Below, in pieces: positions 1 to 8,783 of a stretch of 19,683 nucleotides of DNA; position 1 is the stretch's first letter, and each line of letters opens with the position of its first letter. Made by a program: the position numbers and the translations under genes. The stretch lies in NCBI GenBank assembly GCA_037133055.1, contig JBAXOY010000054.1:1-19683 (forward strand). Reading direction: 5' to 3'. The notes below the pieces were generated by a model. The model ran no database searches. It worked only from the letters and a program-made list of their open reading frames with translations, and was not told the origin of the DNA. The DNA comes from Chlamydiota bacterium. Lineage in GTDB: Bacteria; Auribacterota; Tritonobacteria; UBA1439.

Positions 1-1
1 T

Positions 2-37
2 TGTGAAGGGTGCGAAGGGTGTGAAGGGTGCGAAGGG
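2..37. repeat. Tandem 9-bp repeat TGYGAAGGG x4 (may extend beyond the window's left edge)
   Basis: tgtgaaggg/tgcgaaggg/tgtgaaggg/tgcgaaggg at 2-10, 11-19, 20-28, 29-37, followed by a degenerate tgggaacg. Confidence 0.9.
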
Positions 38-65
38 TGGGAACGTGCTTCGGCGAAGGTATTGT

Positions 66-100
66 TTTGGGATTTGGGGTTTGGGATTTGGGATTTGATA
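66..100. repeat. Tandem heptamer repeat TTTGGGA x4-5 directly upstream of rsmD
   Basis: tttggga tttgggg tttggga tttggga tttgata at 66-100, ending 1 nt before the ATG at 102. Confidence 0.9.
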
Positions 101-101
101 T

Positions 102-671
102 ATGGTCCGGATCATCGCCGGTGAGTTCAAGAGCAGGAGGCTGGTCTCGCCGCGCGCGGCTGCGGTGCGCCCGACCTCCGACAGGGTCAAAGAATCCCTT
201 TTTGGGATCCTCGGCCCGCGCCTCGACGGGGCGCGTGTGCTCGATCTCTACGCCGGGACGGGGAACCTCGGGCTCGAAGCCCTCTCGCGCGGCGCCGCGA
301 CCTGCTGCTTTGTCGAGCGGGCGCCCTCGCCCTGTGCCGCGATACGGAAAAATACCGCCGCGCTCGGCATCGAGGGAAGGGCCGAGGTCCTGCGACTCGA
401 TTGCGTGCGGGCGCTGGGCCATCTCGCGCAAAGGGGCGACCGATTCTCTCTCGTTTTCGCCGACCCGCCGTATGCGAAGAAAGAGGAATCGGGGAGCGAG
501 TTCAAAAAGATATTGCTCGGCCTTGATGTCTGTGCTAGTTTGGCCCCCGGAGCGTTGGTGGCGGCGGAACACTGCAAGTTCGACGCGCCGCCGGTCGGCC
601 TGGTAAATCTCCGTCTTCTCGATCAGCGCCGCTACGGGGACACGGTGATCTCGTTCTTCTCCGCGCCCTGA
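102..671 (+). CDS. rsmD: 16S rRNA (guanine(966)-N2)-methyltransferase RsmD
   Basis: N-terminal RIIAGEFKSRRL, RPTSDRVKESLF, SAM-binding LDLYAGTGNLGLEALSRGA, catalytic DPPY, C-terminal RRYGDT; typical position upstream of coaD. Confidence 0.95.
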   Translation: MVRIIAGEFKSRRLVSPRAAAVRPTSDRVKESLFGILGPRLDGARVLDLYAGTGNLGLEALSRGAATCCFVERAPSPCAAIRKNTAALGIEGRAEVLRLDCVRALGHLAQRGDRFSLVFADPPYAKKEESGSEFKKILLGLDVCASLAPGALVAAEHCKFDAPPVGLVNLRLLDQRRYGDTVISFFSAP

Positions 672-697
672 AATCAGAATCCCACTGATCATGTGTT

Positions 698-834
698 ACC
701 ACGGAGACACGGTCACGGAGACCACGGAGAAATGCAGGGAAAAGATTTTTTGTTTTCACCACGAAGGCACGAAGTTCACGAAGAAAACGTAACAGGAAGT
801 TTCGGTTTTCCGCATTCTTCATGCCTTCGTGGTG
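698..834. repeat. Intergenic cluster of CACGGAG/CACGAAG short repeats including an 18-bp inverted repeat
   Basis: accacggagacacggtcacggagaccacggaga (698-730); caccacgaaggcacgaag (757-774) is the reverse complement of cttcatgccttcgtggtg (817-834) with one mismatch. Confidence 0.8.
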
Positions 835-867
835 GATAATACTCCGCGGCAGAAAAGTGAGGTGTGC

Positions 868-1350
868 GTGACGTTCGCGATCTATCCCGGCAGTTTCGAC
901 CCGATCACCTATGGCCACATCGATGTCATGGAGCGCGCGCTGCGCATCTTCGGGCGCCTCGTCGTGGCCGTGGCCCACAACCAGGAAAAGAACCCCTTCT
1001 TCACCGTCGATGAGCGTCTCGAGATGCTGCGGACCGTCGCGAAGGAGATACCGGGGGTCGAGGTGGACAGCTTCAAGACCCTTCTCGTCGACTACGCGAA
1101 GCGGCGGGGGGCGCGGGTGATCATCCGGGGCCTGAGGGCGCTCTCGGATTTCGAGTACGAGTTCCAGATGGCCCTCACCAACCGGAAGATATGCAACGAG
1201 ATCGAGACGGTCTTTCTCATGCCGAGCGAGCAGTACTCCTACCTGAGCTCGCGCATGATCAAGGAGATCGCCGCGCTCGGGGGCGATGTGCGGGACTTCG
1301 TGCCCGAGGGCGTCGCGGAGATGCTGAAGTCAAAGAAGGCCGGCGCCTGA
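868..1350 (+). CDS. coaD: Pantetheine-phosphate adenylyltransferase CoaD
   Basis: AIYPGSFDPITYGHIDV (TxGH motif), IIRGLRALSDFEYEFQMA, YLSSRMIKEIA; GTG start at 868 after GAGGTG preferred over the ORF-track start at 829. Confidence 0.96.
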   Translation: MTFAIYPGSFDPITYGHIDVMERALRIFGRLVVAVAHNQEKNPFFTVDERLEMLRTVAKEIPGVEVDSFKTLLVDYAKRRGARVIIRGLRALSDFEYEFQMALTNRKICNEIETVFLMPSEQYSYLSSRMIKEIAALGGDVRDFVPEGVAEMLKSKKAGA

Positions 1351-1372
1351 CATCGGGCGGTGACGAGGAGCC

Positions 1373-1852
1373 ATGGGCATCACAATCGAGGTTCAGAAAA
1401 TCTCCCCCGAGGGCCTGAGGTTCAAGGGCTCCCTTGACGCGGGCGAGCTCGCCCTCGACTGCGAGGGGGTCGCGCCCGCCGGCCCGCTTGAGTACGACCT
1501 TGCGGCCGAGGTGGCGAGCCGTGAGCTCATCGTGCGGGGGAAGCTCAGCCTCCCCATCGAGCTCGTCTGCTCCCGCTGCGTGAAGACCTACGGCGCCGAG
1601 CTCAGGGTCCCGCGCTACACGTTCACCCGCCCCATCACGGAGCGGGAGATAATCGACTTGACGGATAGTGTGCGAGAGGATATCATAATCGCCCTGCCCC
1701 TGAAGCCGTTGTGTCGAAAGGAGTGCAAGGGGTTATGCCCCCGGTGCGGCAGGGACCGCAACCTGGAACGGTGCTCCTGCCCGTCCTCGATCGGGGACGG
1801 GCGATGGGGCGCCCTTGAGGGGCTCGAGCTTCCCCCGGAGAAAGACAGATGA
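1373..1852 (+). CDS. yceD: DUF177/YceD family protein (large ribosomal subunit accumulation protein)
   Basis: CSRC, IDLTDSVREDIIIALPLKPLCRKECKGLCPRCG, C-terminal DGRWGALEGL; GAGGAG Shine-Dalgarno; canonical position before rpmF. Confidence 0.9.
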   Translation: MGITIEVQKISPEGLRFKGSLDAGELALDCEGVAPAGPLEYDLAAEVASRELIVRGKLSLPIELVCSRCVKTYGAELRVPRYTFTRPITEREIIDLTDSVREDIIIALPLKPLCRKECKGLCPRCGRDRNLERCSCPSSIGDGRWGALEGLELPPEKDR

Positions 1853-2031
1853 CGACGCCGAAGCGCAAGCAGTCGAAGAGCCGCACGAGGAAACGCAGAT
1901 CCCACCAGCGCCTGGTGGTTTCGATCCCGGGACTCTGCCCCCAGTGCAAGCAGCCCAAACCCATCCACCGCGCATGCCCCCACTGCGGCTATTACAAGGG
2001 CGCGCGGGTGATGACCGTCAAAGAAGAGTGA
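1849..2031 (+). CDS. rpmF: 50S ribosomal protein L32 (zinc-ribbon, C+ type)
   Basis: PKRKQSKSRTRKRRSH, CPQC...HRACPHCGYYKG; ATGA overlap with the yceD stop. Confidence 0.96.
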   Translation: MTTPKRKQSKSRTRKRRSHQRLVVSIPGLCPQCKQPKPIHRACPHCGYYKGARVMTVKEE

Positions 2032-2035
2032 GAAA

Positions 2036-3046
2036 GTGAAAATCGCCATAGACGCCATGGGGGGGGATCACGCCCCCGCCGCCATTGTGCGGGGCGCGCT
2101 GGAAGCGATCGAGCTCAAGCCCGAGCGGGAGATCATTCTTGTCGGGCGCGAGGAGGAGCTCCGAAGGGAGGTCGAGCGGTTCGGGAAGCCCGAGATCGCC
2201 AGGAATATCTCGTACGTTCACGCCCCCGAGGTCATCGAGATGGGGGAGAACCCGATCACCTCGATCAGGAAGAAGAAGCACTCCTCGATCGGCGAGGCGG
2301 CGAACCTCGTGAAGCGGGGGGACGCCGTCGCCATGGTCTCCGCGGGCAACACGGGGGCCGTGGTGACCGCCACGAAGCTCAAGTGGCGCTTCCTCAAAGG
2401 GATCGATCGGCCCGGGATCGCCACGTATCTCCCCACCCCCTGGGGCGTATCCGTGCTGATCGACGCGGGCGCGAATATCGACTGCGAGCCCGAGCATCTT
2501 CTCGGCTTCGCGATCATGGGTGACGCCTTCGCCCGGCTGGTCCAGGGAAAGGAGAATCCGAAGATAGGGCTCCTCAGCATCGGCTCCGAGCGGGGCAAGG
2601 GCGACGCCCTCGTCAAGCACACCTTCACCATCCTCGAGGATGCCAAGCTCAACTTCATCGGCAACGTCGAGGGCCGGGACGTCTACGGCTACACGGTGGA
2701 TGTGATCATCTGCGACGGCTTCGTGGGCAACGTGGTGCTCAAGTGCACCGAGGGGCTCGCCTGGGCGATGATGAAGATGATCAAGGAGGAGGTCGCCAGG
2801 AACTTCTGGCATCGCATCGGCGGACTCCTGCTGAAAGGCTCCTTCAAGCGGATCGCGCGGCGGGGGGACTACACCGAATACGGCGGCGCGCCGCTCCTCG
2901 GGGTAAACGGGAACTGCATCATCTGCCACGGGCGCTCGAACGCGAAGGCGATCCGGAACGCGATCCGCGTGGCGGAGATATTCGTGAACTTAAAGGTCAA
3001 CGAGGCCATCACGACGAAGACCTCTTCGATCTACGACGCGCAGTGA
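2036..3046 (+). CDS. plsX: Phosphate acyltransferase PlsX
   Basis: MKIAIDAMGGDHAP, SAGNTGA, IDRPGIA, DAGAN, NFIGNVEGRD, CDGFVGNVVLK, YGGAPLLGVNG, CHGRS. Confidence 0.97.
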   Translation: MKIAIDAMGGDHAPAAIVRGALEAIELKPEREIILVGREEELRREVERFGKPEIARNISYVHAPEVIEMGENPITSIRKKKHSSIGEAANLVKRGDAVAMVSAGNTGAVVTATKLKWRFLKGIDRPGIATYLPTPWGVSVLIDAGANIDCEPEHLLGFAIMGDAFARLVQGKENPKIGLLSIGSERGKGDALVKHTFTILEDAKLNFIGNVEGRDVYGYTVDVIICDGFVGNVVLKCTEGLAWAMMKMIKEEVARNFWHRIGGLLLKGSFKRIARRGDYTEYGGAPLLGVNGNCIICHGRSNAKAIRNAIRVAEIFVNLKVNEAITTKTSSIYDAQ

Positions 3047-3051
3047 CAGCC

Positions 3052-4077
3052 ATGGCGAACCCCACAGGCGTTTCCCGGGACAGCGACTCGGCCGCGCGCA
3101 GGGTCGGCATTGTCGGCCTCGGCGCGTATATGCCGGACCGGGTCCTCACCAACGCCGATCTCGAGAAAATGGTCGATACCACCGACCAGTGGATCATCGA
3201 GCGGACCGGCATCCTCACCCGCAGGATCGCCCGCGACGACCAGGCCACCTCCGACCTCGCGATCGAGGCCGCGCGCCGCGCCCTCGACCGGGCGAAGCTC
3301 AAGCCCGACGCCGTTGAACTCATCATCGTCGCGACCGTCACCCCCGACATGCCGTTCCCCTCCACCTCATGCATCATCCAGGAAAAGCTCGGCGCCTTCG
3401 GCGCCGCCTGTTTCGACCTGAACGCAGCCTGCAGCGGGTGGATCTACGCGATGGACATCGCCTGGCAGTGCGTGCGGAGCGGCCGCTACGGCAACGCCCT
3501 CGTGATCGGCGCGGAGAAGCTCACGGCGATCACCGACTGGAAGGACCGTAACACCTGCGTCCTCTTCGGGGACGGCGCGGGCGCCGCGGTCATCGCGCCG
3601 ACGGGGGAGGGTGGGGGCGAGATCCGATCCGCGTACCTTGGCGCCGACGGGAGGTTCCAGAAACTGCTCTACCTGCCGGCCGGCGGCTCGCGGACCCCCG
3701 CCTCGCGAGAGACGGTCGACGGGAGGCTTCACTATATGCGGATGGAGGGCAAGGAGACCTTCAAGCAGGCGGTGACGGCCATGTCCCATGCGGCGGGAGT
3801 CGCCCTCGATCGCGCGGGGCTGACCGTCGACAGGGTCACGTGGGTCATACCCCACCAGGCGAACATGCGGATCCTCAGGGCCGTCGCCAAGAGACTCGGG
3901 GTCCCGTTTGAAAAGGTCATTTCGGTCATCGACCATATCGGTAACATCTCCGCGGCCTCCATCCCGGTCGCGCTGGAGGAGGCGGCGGGCAAGGGGATCA
4001 TCAAGGCGGGCGACACGACCCTCCTCGTCGCGTTCGGCGGCGGGCTCACCTGGGGCGCGATGGTGCTGACGATGTAA
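3052..4077 (+). CDS. fabH: Beta-ketoacyl-ACP synthase III FabH
   Basis: WIIERTGI, catalytic Cys in AACSG, LFGDGAGA, His in PHQAN, Asn in GNISAASIP, AFGGGLTWG; ATG at 3052 just after the plsX stop. Confidence 0.96.
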   Translation: MANPTGVSRDSDSAARRVGIVGLGAYMPDRVLTNADLEKMVDTTDQWIIERTGILTRRIARDDQATSDLAIEAARRALDRAKLKPDAVELIIVATVTPDMPFPSTSCIIQEKLGAFGAACFDLNAACSGWIYAMDIAWQCVRSGRYGNALVIGAEKLTAITDWKDRNTCVLFGDGAGAAVIAPTGEGGGEIRSAYLGADGRFQKLLYLPAGGSRTPASRETVDGRLHYMRMEGKETFKQAVTAMSHAAGVALDRAGLTVDRVTWVIPHQANMRILRAVAKRLGVPFEKVISVIDHIGNISAASIPVALEEAAGKGIIKAGDTTLLVAFGGGLTWGAMVLTM

Positions 4078-4147
4078 CGGGCGGGGCGCCGTGAAGCCGC
4101 GCGCGATGGATGGAATGCAAGGGCGGGAGAGGCACTAGGAGCAGCGT

Positions 4148-5119
4148 ATGTCACCCTCACGAAGGATCGCGTTACTCTTCCCGGGACAGGGGTCTCAGGA
4201 AGTGGGTATGGGGCGTGAGCTCGCGGAGAAATTTCCGTCCGCCGGAGCGGTGTTCAGGGAAGCGGCGGGGATACTCGGGTTCGACATCGGGAAGCTCTGC
4301 TTCGAGGGGCCCGAGGCCGAGCTCACCCTGACGAAGAACAGCCAGCCCGCGATCTTCATCACGAGCATCGCCTGCACCAGGGCCCTCGGCGCCGCCGTCC
4401 CGGGGCTCCCCGTCCCCGTCGCCGCGGCGGGCCTCAGCCTTGGAGAGTTCAGCGCGCATGTGGCCGCCGGTTCGCTGGCATTTGCGGACGGCCTGCGGCT
4501 GGTGCGGCAGCGCGGGGAGGCGATGCAGGATGCCTGCGACCGGGAGCCGAGCACGATGGCGTCGATCGTCGGCCTCGACCGGGAGACAGTGGCGAAGATC
4601 TGCGCCGAGTGCGAGGGCGGCGGGGTCCTCAACATCGCCAACCTGAACTCCCCGGGGCAGATCGCGATCTCGGGGAGCGTGCCCGCCGTCGAGGCGGCGA
4701 TGCGCGAGGCGGAGAAGCGCGGCGCCCAGAAGGTGGTCCAGCTCCAGGTAAGCGGCGCCTTCCACTCCCGCCTTATGAAGCCGGCAGAGGACAGGCTGCG
4801 CGTGGCGGTGTCAGAAACGAAGATCGTCGCGCCGCGCTACCCCGTGATCGCCAACGTGAGCGCCCTCCCTGTCACGGATCCCGCGGAGATCCGGGAGGCG
4901 CTCGTGCGGCAGCTCTGCGCGCCGGTGCTGTGGGAAAAGAGCATGCGCTGCCTGTTCGGCGAGAAGATCGACCTGTTCGTGGAGCTCGGGCACGGCAGGG
5001 TGCTGTCCGGGCTCATGCGCCGGATCGACAAGGCACAGAAGATGGTGAATGTCGGGGATCTCAGGAGCCTCGAAAAGGCGCAGGCCGCCCTCGTGGCCCC
5101 GCCGGGAGATGCGGCGTGA
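4148..5119 (+). CDS. fabD: Malonyl-CoA:ACP transacylase FabD
   Basis: LFPGQGSQ, QPAI, nucleophile motif GLSLGE, ANLNSPGQ, VSGAFHS, PVLWE; AGGAG Shine-Dalgarno. Confidence 0.96.
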   Translation: MSPSRRIALLFPGQGSQEVGMGRELAEKFPSAGAVFREAAGILGFDIGKLCFEGPEAELTLTKNSQPAIFITSIACTRALGAAVPGLPVPVAAAGLSLGEFSAHVAAGSLAFADGLRLVRQRGEAMQDACDREPSTMASIVGLDRETVAKICAECEGGGVLNIANLNSPGQIAISGSVPAVEAAMREAEKRGAQKVVQLQVSGAFHSRLMKPAEDRLRVAVSETKIVAPRYPVIANVSALPVTDPAEIREALVRQLCAPVLWEKSMRCLFGEKIDLFVELGHGRVLSGLMRRIDKAQKMVNVGDLRSLEKAQAALVAPPGDAA

Positions 5120-5856
5120 TGCTTGCCCGGAAGACCGCCCTGGTGACCGGCGGCGCGCAGGGAATCGGGAGGGAGATCGCGCTCCTCTTCGCGCGGGAGG
5201 GGGCGGATCTTGCGCTCCTCGATCGCGACGCCGAAGCCCTGGAGAAGACCCGCATCGAGGCGGAAGCGCTGGGCCGGCGCGCCCTCGCCTTCGCCGCGGA
5301 TGTTTCCAGCGCGGCCGCGGCGCAGGAAGCGGTGAACAAAATTATTGACTCCATGGGGAAGATTGATATACTCGTCAACAATGCCGGCATCACGAGGGAT
5401 AAATTCCTTCTGAGAATGAGCGAAGCGGACTGGGACGCCGTCATCGCCGTGAACCTGAAGGGCACCTTCAACATGACGCGGGCGGTCGCCAGGGCGATGC
5501 TGACAAAGCGCGCCGGCAGGATCATCAACATCGCCTCGGTAATCGGGCTGGTCGGCAACGCCGGGCAGGCCAATTACGCGGCATCCAAGGCGGGGGTCAT
5601 AGGGTTCACGAAGTCGGTGGCGAAGGAGTTTGCGCCCAGGGGGATCACCGCGAACGCGATCGCCCCCGGTTTCATAGAAACCCGCATGACCGGGGTTCTC
5701 TCCGAAGAGGTGAAGCAGAAGATACTCGGCGGCATCCCGCTGGGGAGGTACGGCACGCCGGCGGACGTGGCGAACGCCGCGCTGTTCCTCGCCTCCGAAT
5801 TGTCGAGTTACGTCACCGGCCAGACCATCGTGGTCGACGGCGGCATGGTTATGTAG
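5119..5856 (+). CDS. fabG: 3-oxoacyl-ACP reductase FabG
   Basis: TGGAQGIG, NNAGITRD, YxxxK in NYAASKAG, NAIAPGFI, VDGGM; TGATG coupling with fabD (GTG at 5116 is an alternative start). Confidence 0.96.
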   Translation: MLARKTALVTGGAQGIGREIALLFAREGADLALLDRDAEALEKTRIEAEALGRRALAFAADVSSAAAAQEAVNKIIDSMGKIDILVNNAGITRDKFLLRMSEADWDAVIAVNLKGTFNMTRAVARAMLTKRAGRIINIASVIGLVGNAGQANYAASKAGVIGFTKSVAKEFAPRGITANAIAPGFIETRMTGVLSEEVKQKILGGIPLGRYGTPADVANAALFLASELSSYVTGQTIVVDGGMVM

Positions 5857-5905
5857 TCAACGGAAGCGCGCACGGAGTCGTTCGCACACAAGAGGAGGGT
5901 GAAAC

Positions 5906-6151
5906 ATGTCTGATATCGCGCAGAGGGTAAAGGATATCGTGGTGGAGCAGCTCGGGGTGAACTCCGATGAGGTCACGCCCGACGCGTCGTTCATCGACGA
6001 CCTCGGGGCGGATTCCCTCGACACCGTGGAGCTGGTGATGGCGCTCGAGGAGGAGTTCGACGCGGAGATCCCCGACGAGGACGCTGAAAACCTCAAGACC
6101 GTCGGCGAGGCGATCAAGTACATCGAGGAGCACTGCCAGAAGCAGGAATAG
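5906..6151 (+). CDS. acpP: Acyl carrier protein (canonical)
   Basis: [20 protein letters not shown], 81 aa, acidic; strong AGGAGG Shine-Dalgarno. Confidence 0.97.
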   Translation: MSDIAQRVKDIVVEQLGVNSDEVTPDASFIDDLGADSLDTVELVMALEEEFDAEIPDEDAENLKTVGEAIKYIEEHCQKQE

Positions 6152-6183
6152 GGGATCTATCCCCGGAAAAGGAGCGGAACAGC

Positions 6184-7422
6184 GTGAGGCGGGTAGTCAT
6201 TACCGGAATGGGCGCTCTGGCCCCGAACGGCAATAACGCGCAGGAAATGTGGGACGCGCTCTGCAACGGCAGAAGCGGGATTGGGCCCGTCACCTCTTTT
6301 GATGCGTCGGCGTTCCCCACGAGGTTCGGGGGAGAGGTGAAGGGTTTCGACGCCGGAAAATACGTGAGCCCCAAGGAAGCGCGGCGGATGGACCGATTCG
6401 TGCAGTTCGCGGTCGCCGCGGCGAAAATGGCCGTGGAGGACTCGGGGCTCGACCTGCAGGCGCAGGATCCCCAGAGGATAGGGGTCATCGTCGGCTCCGG
6501 CATCGGCGGCATCAAGACCATCGAGGATCAGCATACCCTCATGGTGACCAAGGGCCCGCAGCGGATCTCGCCGTTCTTCATACCCATGCTCATCGTCAAC
6601 ATGGCTCCGGGGATGATCGCCATACAGCTCAAGGTGAAGGGGCCGAACTGCTGCATCGTCTCCGCCTGCGCCTCGGCGGCGCACTCCATCGGTGACGCGG
6701 CGCTCATGATAAGCGCCGGCAATGCGGATCTCATGATCGCCGGCGGCAGCGAGGCCGCGGTGACCCCGCTTGCCTTTGCGGGGTTCTGCGCATTGAAGGC
6801 GCTCTCGACGCGCAACGACGCCCCCGAGCGGGCGAGCCGCCCGTTCGAGCGGGACCGGGACGGGTTCGTGATGGCGGAGGGGGCGGGGATTGTCCTCCTC
6901 GAGGAACTCGATCACGCGAGGAAACGGGGCGCCCGGATTTACGCGGAGCTGGTCGGGTACGGGTCGAGCGCCGACGCCTACCACATGACCGCCCCCGCGC
7001 CGGGGGGAGAGGGCGCCGCCAACTGCATCCGGATGGCGATCCGGAACGCCGGGGTGAACCCGGGGGATGTCGACTACGTCAACGCGCACGGCACCTCCAC
7101 CGAATTCAACGACAAGTGCGAGACGCAGGCGATCAAGGCGATCTTCGGGGATCACGCCCGGAAGCTTCCGGTAAGCTCCAACAAGTCCATGTTCGGACAC
7201 CTGCTGGGCGCCGCGGGGGGCGTCGAGCTGATCAGCACCGTGTTTACCATCATCCACGGCATCATCCCCCCCACCATCAACTACGAGAACCCCGACCCGG
7301 AGTGCGATCTCGATTACGTGCCGAACACGGCGCGCGAGCAGAAGGTCAAGGTCGCGATCTCCAACTCGTTCGGGTTCGGCGGACATAACGCGACGCTCGC
7401 GGTGCGGAAGTTCGAGGCGTAG
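6184..7422 (+). CDS. fabF: Beta-ketoacyl-ACP synthase II FabF
   Basis: RRVVITGMG, catalytic Cys in SACASAAH, SRPF..RDGFVMAEGAG, NAHGTST, KSMFGHLLGAAG, SNSFGFGGHN; AAGGAG Shine-Dalgarno before GTG. Confidence 0.96.
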   Translation: MRRVVITGMGALAPNGNNAQEMWDALCNGRSGIGPVTSFDASAFPTRFGGEVKGFDAGKYVSPKEARRMDRFVQFAVAAAKMAVEDSGLDLQAQDPQRIGVIVGSGIGGIKTIEDQHTLMVTKGPQRISPFFIPMLIVNMAPGMIAIQLKVKGPNCCIVSACASAAHSIGDAALMISAGNADLMIAGGSEAAVTPLAFAGFCALKALSTRNDAPERASRPFERDRDGFVMAEGAGIVLLEELDHARKRGARIYAELVGYGSSADAYHMTAPAPGGEGAANCIRMAIRNAGVNPGDVDYVNAHGTSTEFNDKCETQAIKAIFGDHARKLPVSSNKSMFGHLLGAAGGVELISTVFTIIHGIIPPTINYENPDPECDLDYVPNTAREQKVKVAISNSFGFGGHNATLAVRKFEA

Positions 7423-7590
7423 CGGTCGGCGCGCGGCGCCGCCGATGCGCCTGGAACACGCACACACCTCCCTCCCCATCCGGCGGCCCGGCACGCGCGC
7501 GTTCGAGTGAACCGGCAGGGAGTGTGGTGGCCACCCCAGAGCCGCAAGGCCGGCGCTGGCGGCCGTGCGGCGGAGACAGAGGACGACGCC

Positions 7591-8751
7591 ATGAACTATT
7601 TCCTTACCGAGGAGCAGCAGTTCATCAGGGAGATCGCGGCGAAGATCGCCCGGGAGAAAATCCTCCCCGTGCGCGCGGAGCTCGACGAGGCGCAGGAGTT
7701 CCCCTGGGAGATCGTGAAGATCCTCGCCGAGTCCAACCTTTTCGGCGTCTATATCGGGGAGGCGTACGGGGGCACGGGCGGGGGCGTCTTCGATCTCTGC
7801 ATCGCGGTGGAGGAATTGAGCCGGGTCTGCGGCGGCATCTCCCTCTGCCTCGCCGCCACGGCGCTCGGCACATTCCCGCTCCTCCTCTTCGGGAGCGAGG
7901 AGCAGAAGAAGAAGTTTCTGCCCGACATCGCCGCCGGGAAGCGGCTTGTCGCGTTCGCCCTCACCGAATCGGGCGCGGGGAGCGACGCCGGAGCGATTCA
8001 GACGACCGCGCGGAAGGACGGCGACAACTACGTGCTCAACGGGACGAAGCAGTGGATCACGAACGGAGGAGAGGCGGAGATCTACACCGTCGTGGCCATG
8101 ACCGACAAGTCCCGCGGTTCCCGCGGGGCGAGCACCTTCATCGTGGAGAAGGGCACCCCGGGCTTCGAGTTCGGCAAGAAGGAGAACAAGCTCGGGATTC
8201 GGGCCTCCGCGACGCGCGAGCTCGTCTTCCAGGACTGCCGCATCCCTGCGGGGAACCTGCTGGGCAGGGAGGGGCAGGGGTTCATCGTGGCGATGAAGAC
8301 ATTCGACGCGTCGCGCCCCGGGGTCGCCGCCCAGGCGGTGGGGATCGCCCAGGGGGCGCTTGACGAGGCTGCCGCCTACGCGCGGCAGCGCGAGCAGTTC
8401 GGCAAACCGATCATCTCCTTCCAGGGAGTCCAGTTCATGCTCGCCGACATGGCGACCCAGATCGAGGCCGCCCGGGCGCTCGTCTATGCGGTCGCGCGCG
8501 CCATCGACGCCGGGGAGAAGAAGGTCGCCAAGGAGTCGGCGATGGCGAAGGTGTTCGCCTCCGATACGGCGATGCGGGTCACCGTCGACGCGGTCCAGAT
8601 CCTCGGCGGCTACGGCTACATGAAGGAGTATCCGGTCGAGAAGATGATGCGGGACGCAAAGATCACCCAGATCTACGAGGGGACCAACCAGATCCAGCGC
8701 ATGGTCATCGCCTCCCAGATGATCAAGGAACTGGCGGGGAAGAAAGAGTAA
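7591..8751 (+). CDS. Acyl-CoA dehydrogenase (short-chain/butyryl-CoA dehydrogenase-like)
   Basis: FALTESGAGSDA, LNGTKQWITNG, KLGIRAS, RQREQFGKPI, QILGGYGY, MRDAKITQIYEGTNQIQ with catalytic Glu; ATG at 7591 after AGAGGA. Confidence 0.93.
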   Translation: MNYFLTEEQQFIREIAAKIAREKILPVRAELDEAQEFPWEIVKILAESNLFGVYIGEAYGGTGGGVFDLCIAVEELSRVCGGISLCLAATALGTFPLLLFGSEEQKKKFLPDIAAGKRLVAFALTESGAGSDAGAIQTTARKDGDNYVLNGTKQWITNGGEAEIYTVVAMTDKSRGSRGASTFIVEKGTPGFEFGKKENKLGIRASATRELVFQDCRIPAGNLLGREGQGFIVAMKTFDASRPGVAAQAVGIAQGALDEAAAYARQREQFGKPIISFQGVQFMLADMATQIEAARALVYAVARAIDAGEKKVAKESAMAKVFASDTAMRVTVDAVQILGGYGYMKEYPVEKMMRDAKITQIYEGTNQIQRMVIASQMIKELAGKKE

Positions 8752-8783
8752 ATTCGCCCCCCGCGGAGGACTCGGGATTGTCG

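Noticed and set aside
28..606. 192-aa + strand ORF overlapping rsmD
   Set aside because: It is an alternative frame of rsmD, and its N-terminus is just the translation of the tandem repeats (GFGVWDLGFDIW).
2743..3051. Apparent 103-aa N-terminal extension of FabH in the ORF track
   Set aside because: It overlaps plsX in another frame and is Arg/Gly-rich noise; ATG 3052 right after the plsX stop gives a normal-length FabH.
4429..4449. FabD nucleophile motif GLSLG instead of GHSLG
   Set aside because: The catalytic Ser and the AFHS His are intact, and GLSLG is a common natural FabD variant.
4609..5118. Apparent N-terminal extension of FabG, or a fabD-fabG fusion/frameshift
   Set aside because: fabD is complete with its own stop, and fabG starts at the overlapping TGATG, which is ordinary translational coupling.
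7423..7590. 6S RNA, tRNA or known riboswitch in the fabF-acd spacer
   Set aside because: No cloverleaf, no convincing long rod with central bubble and no recognisable aptamer consensus by eye; kept only as a weak structured-spacer candidate.
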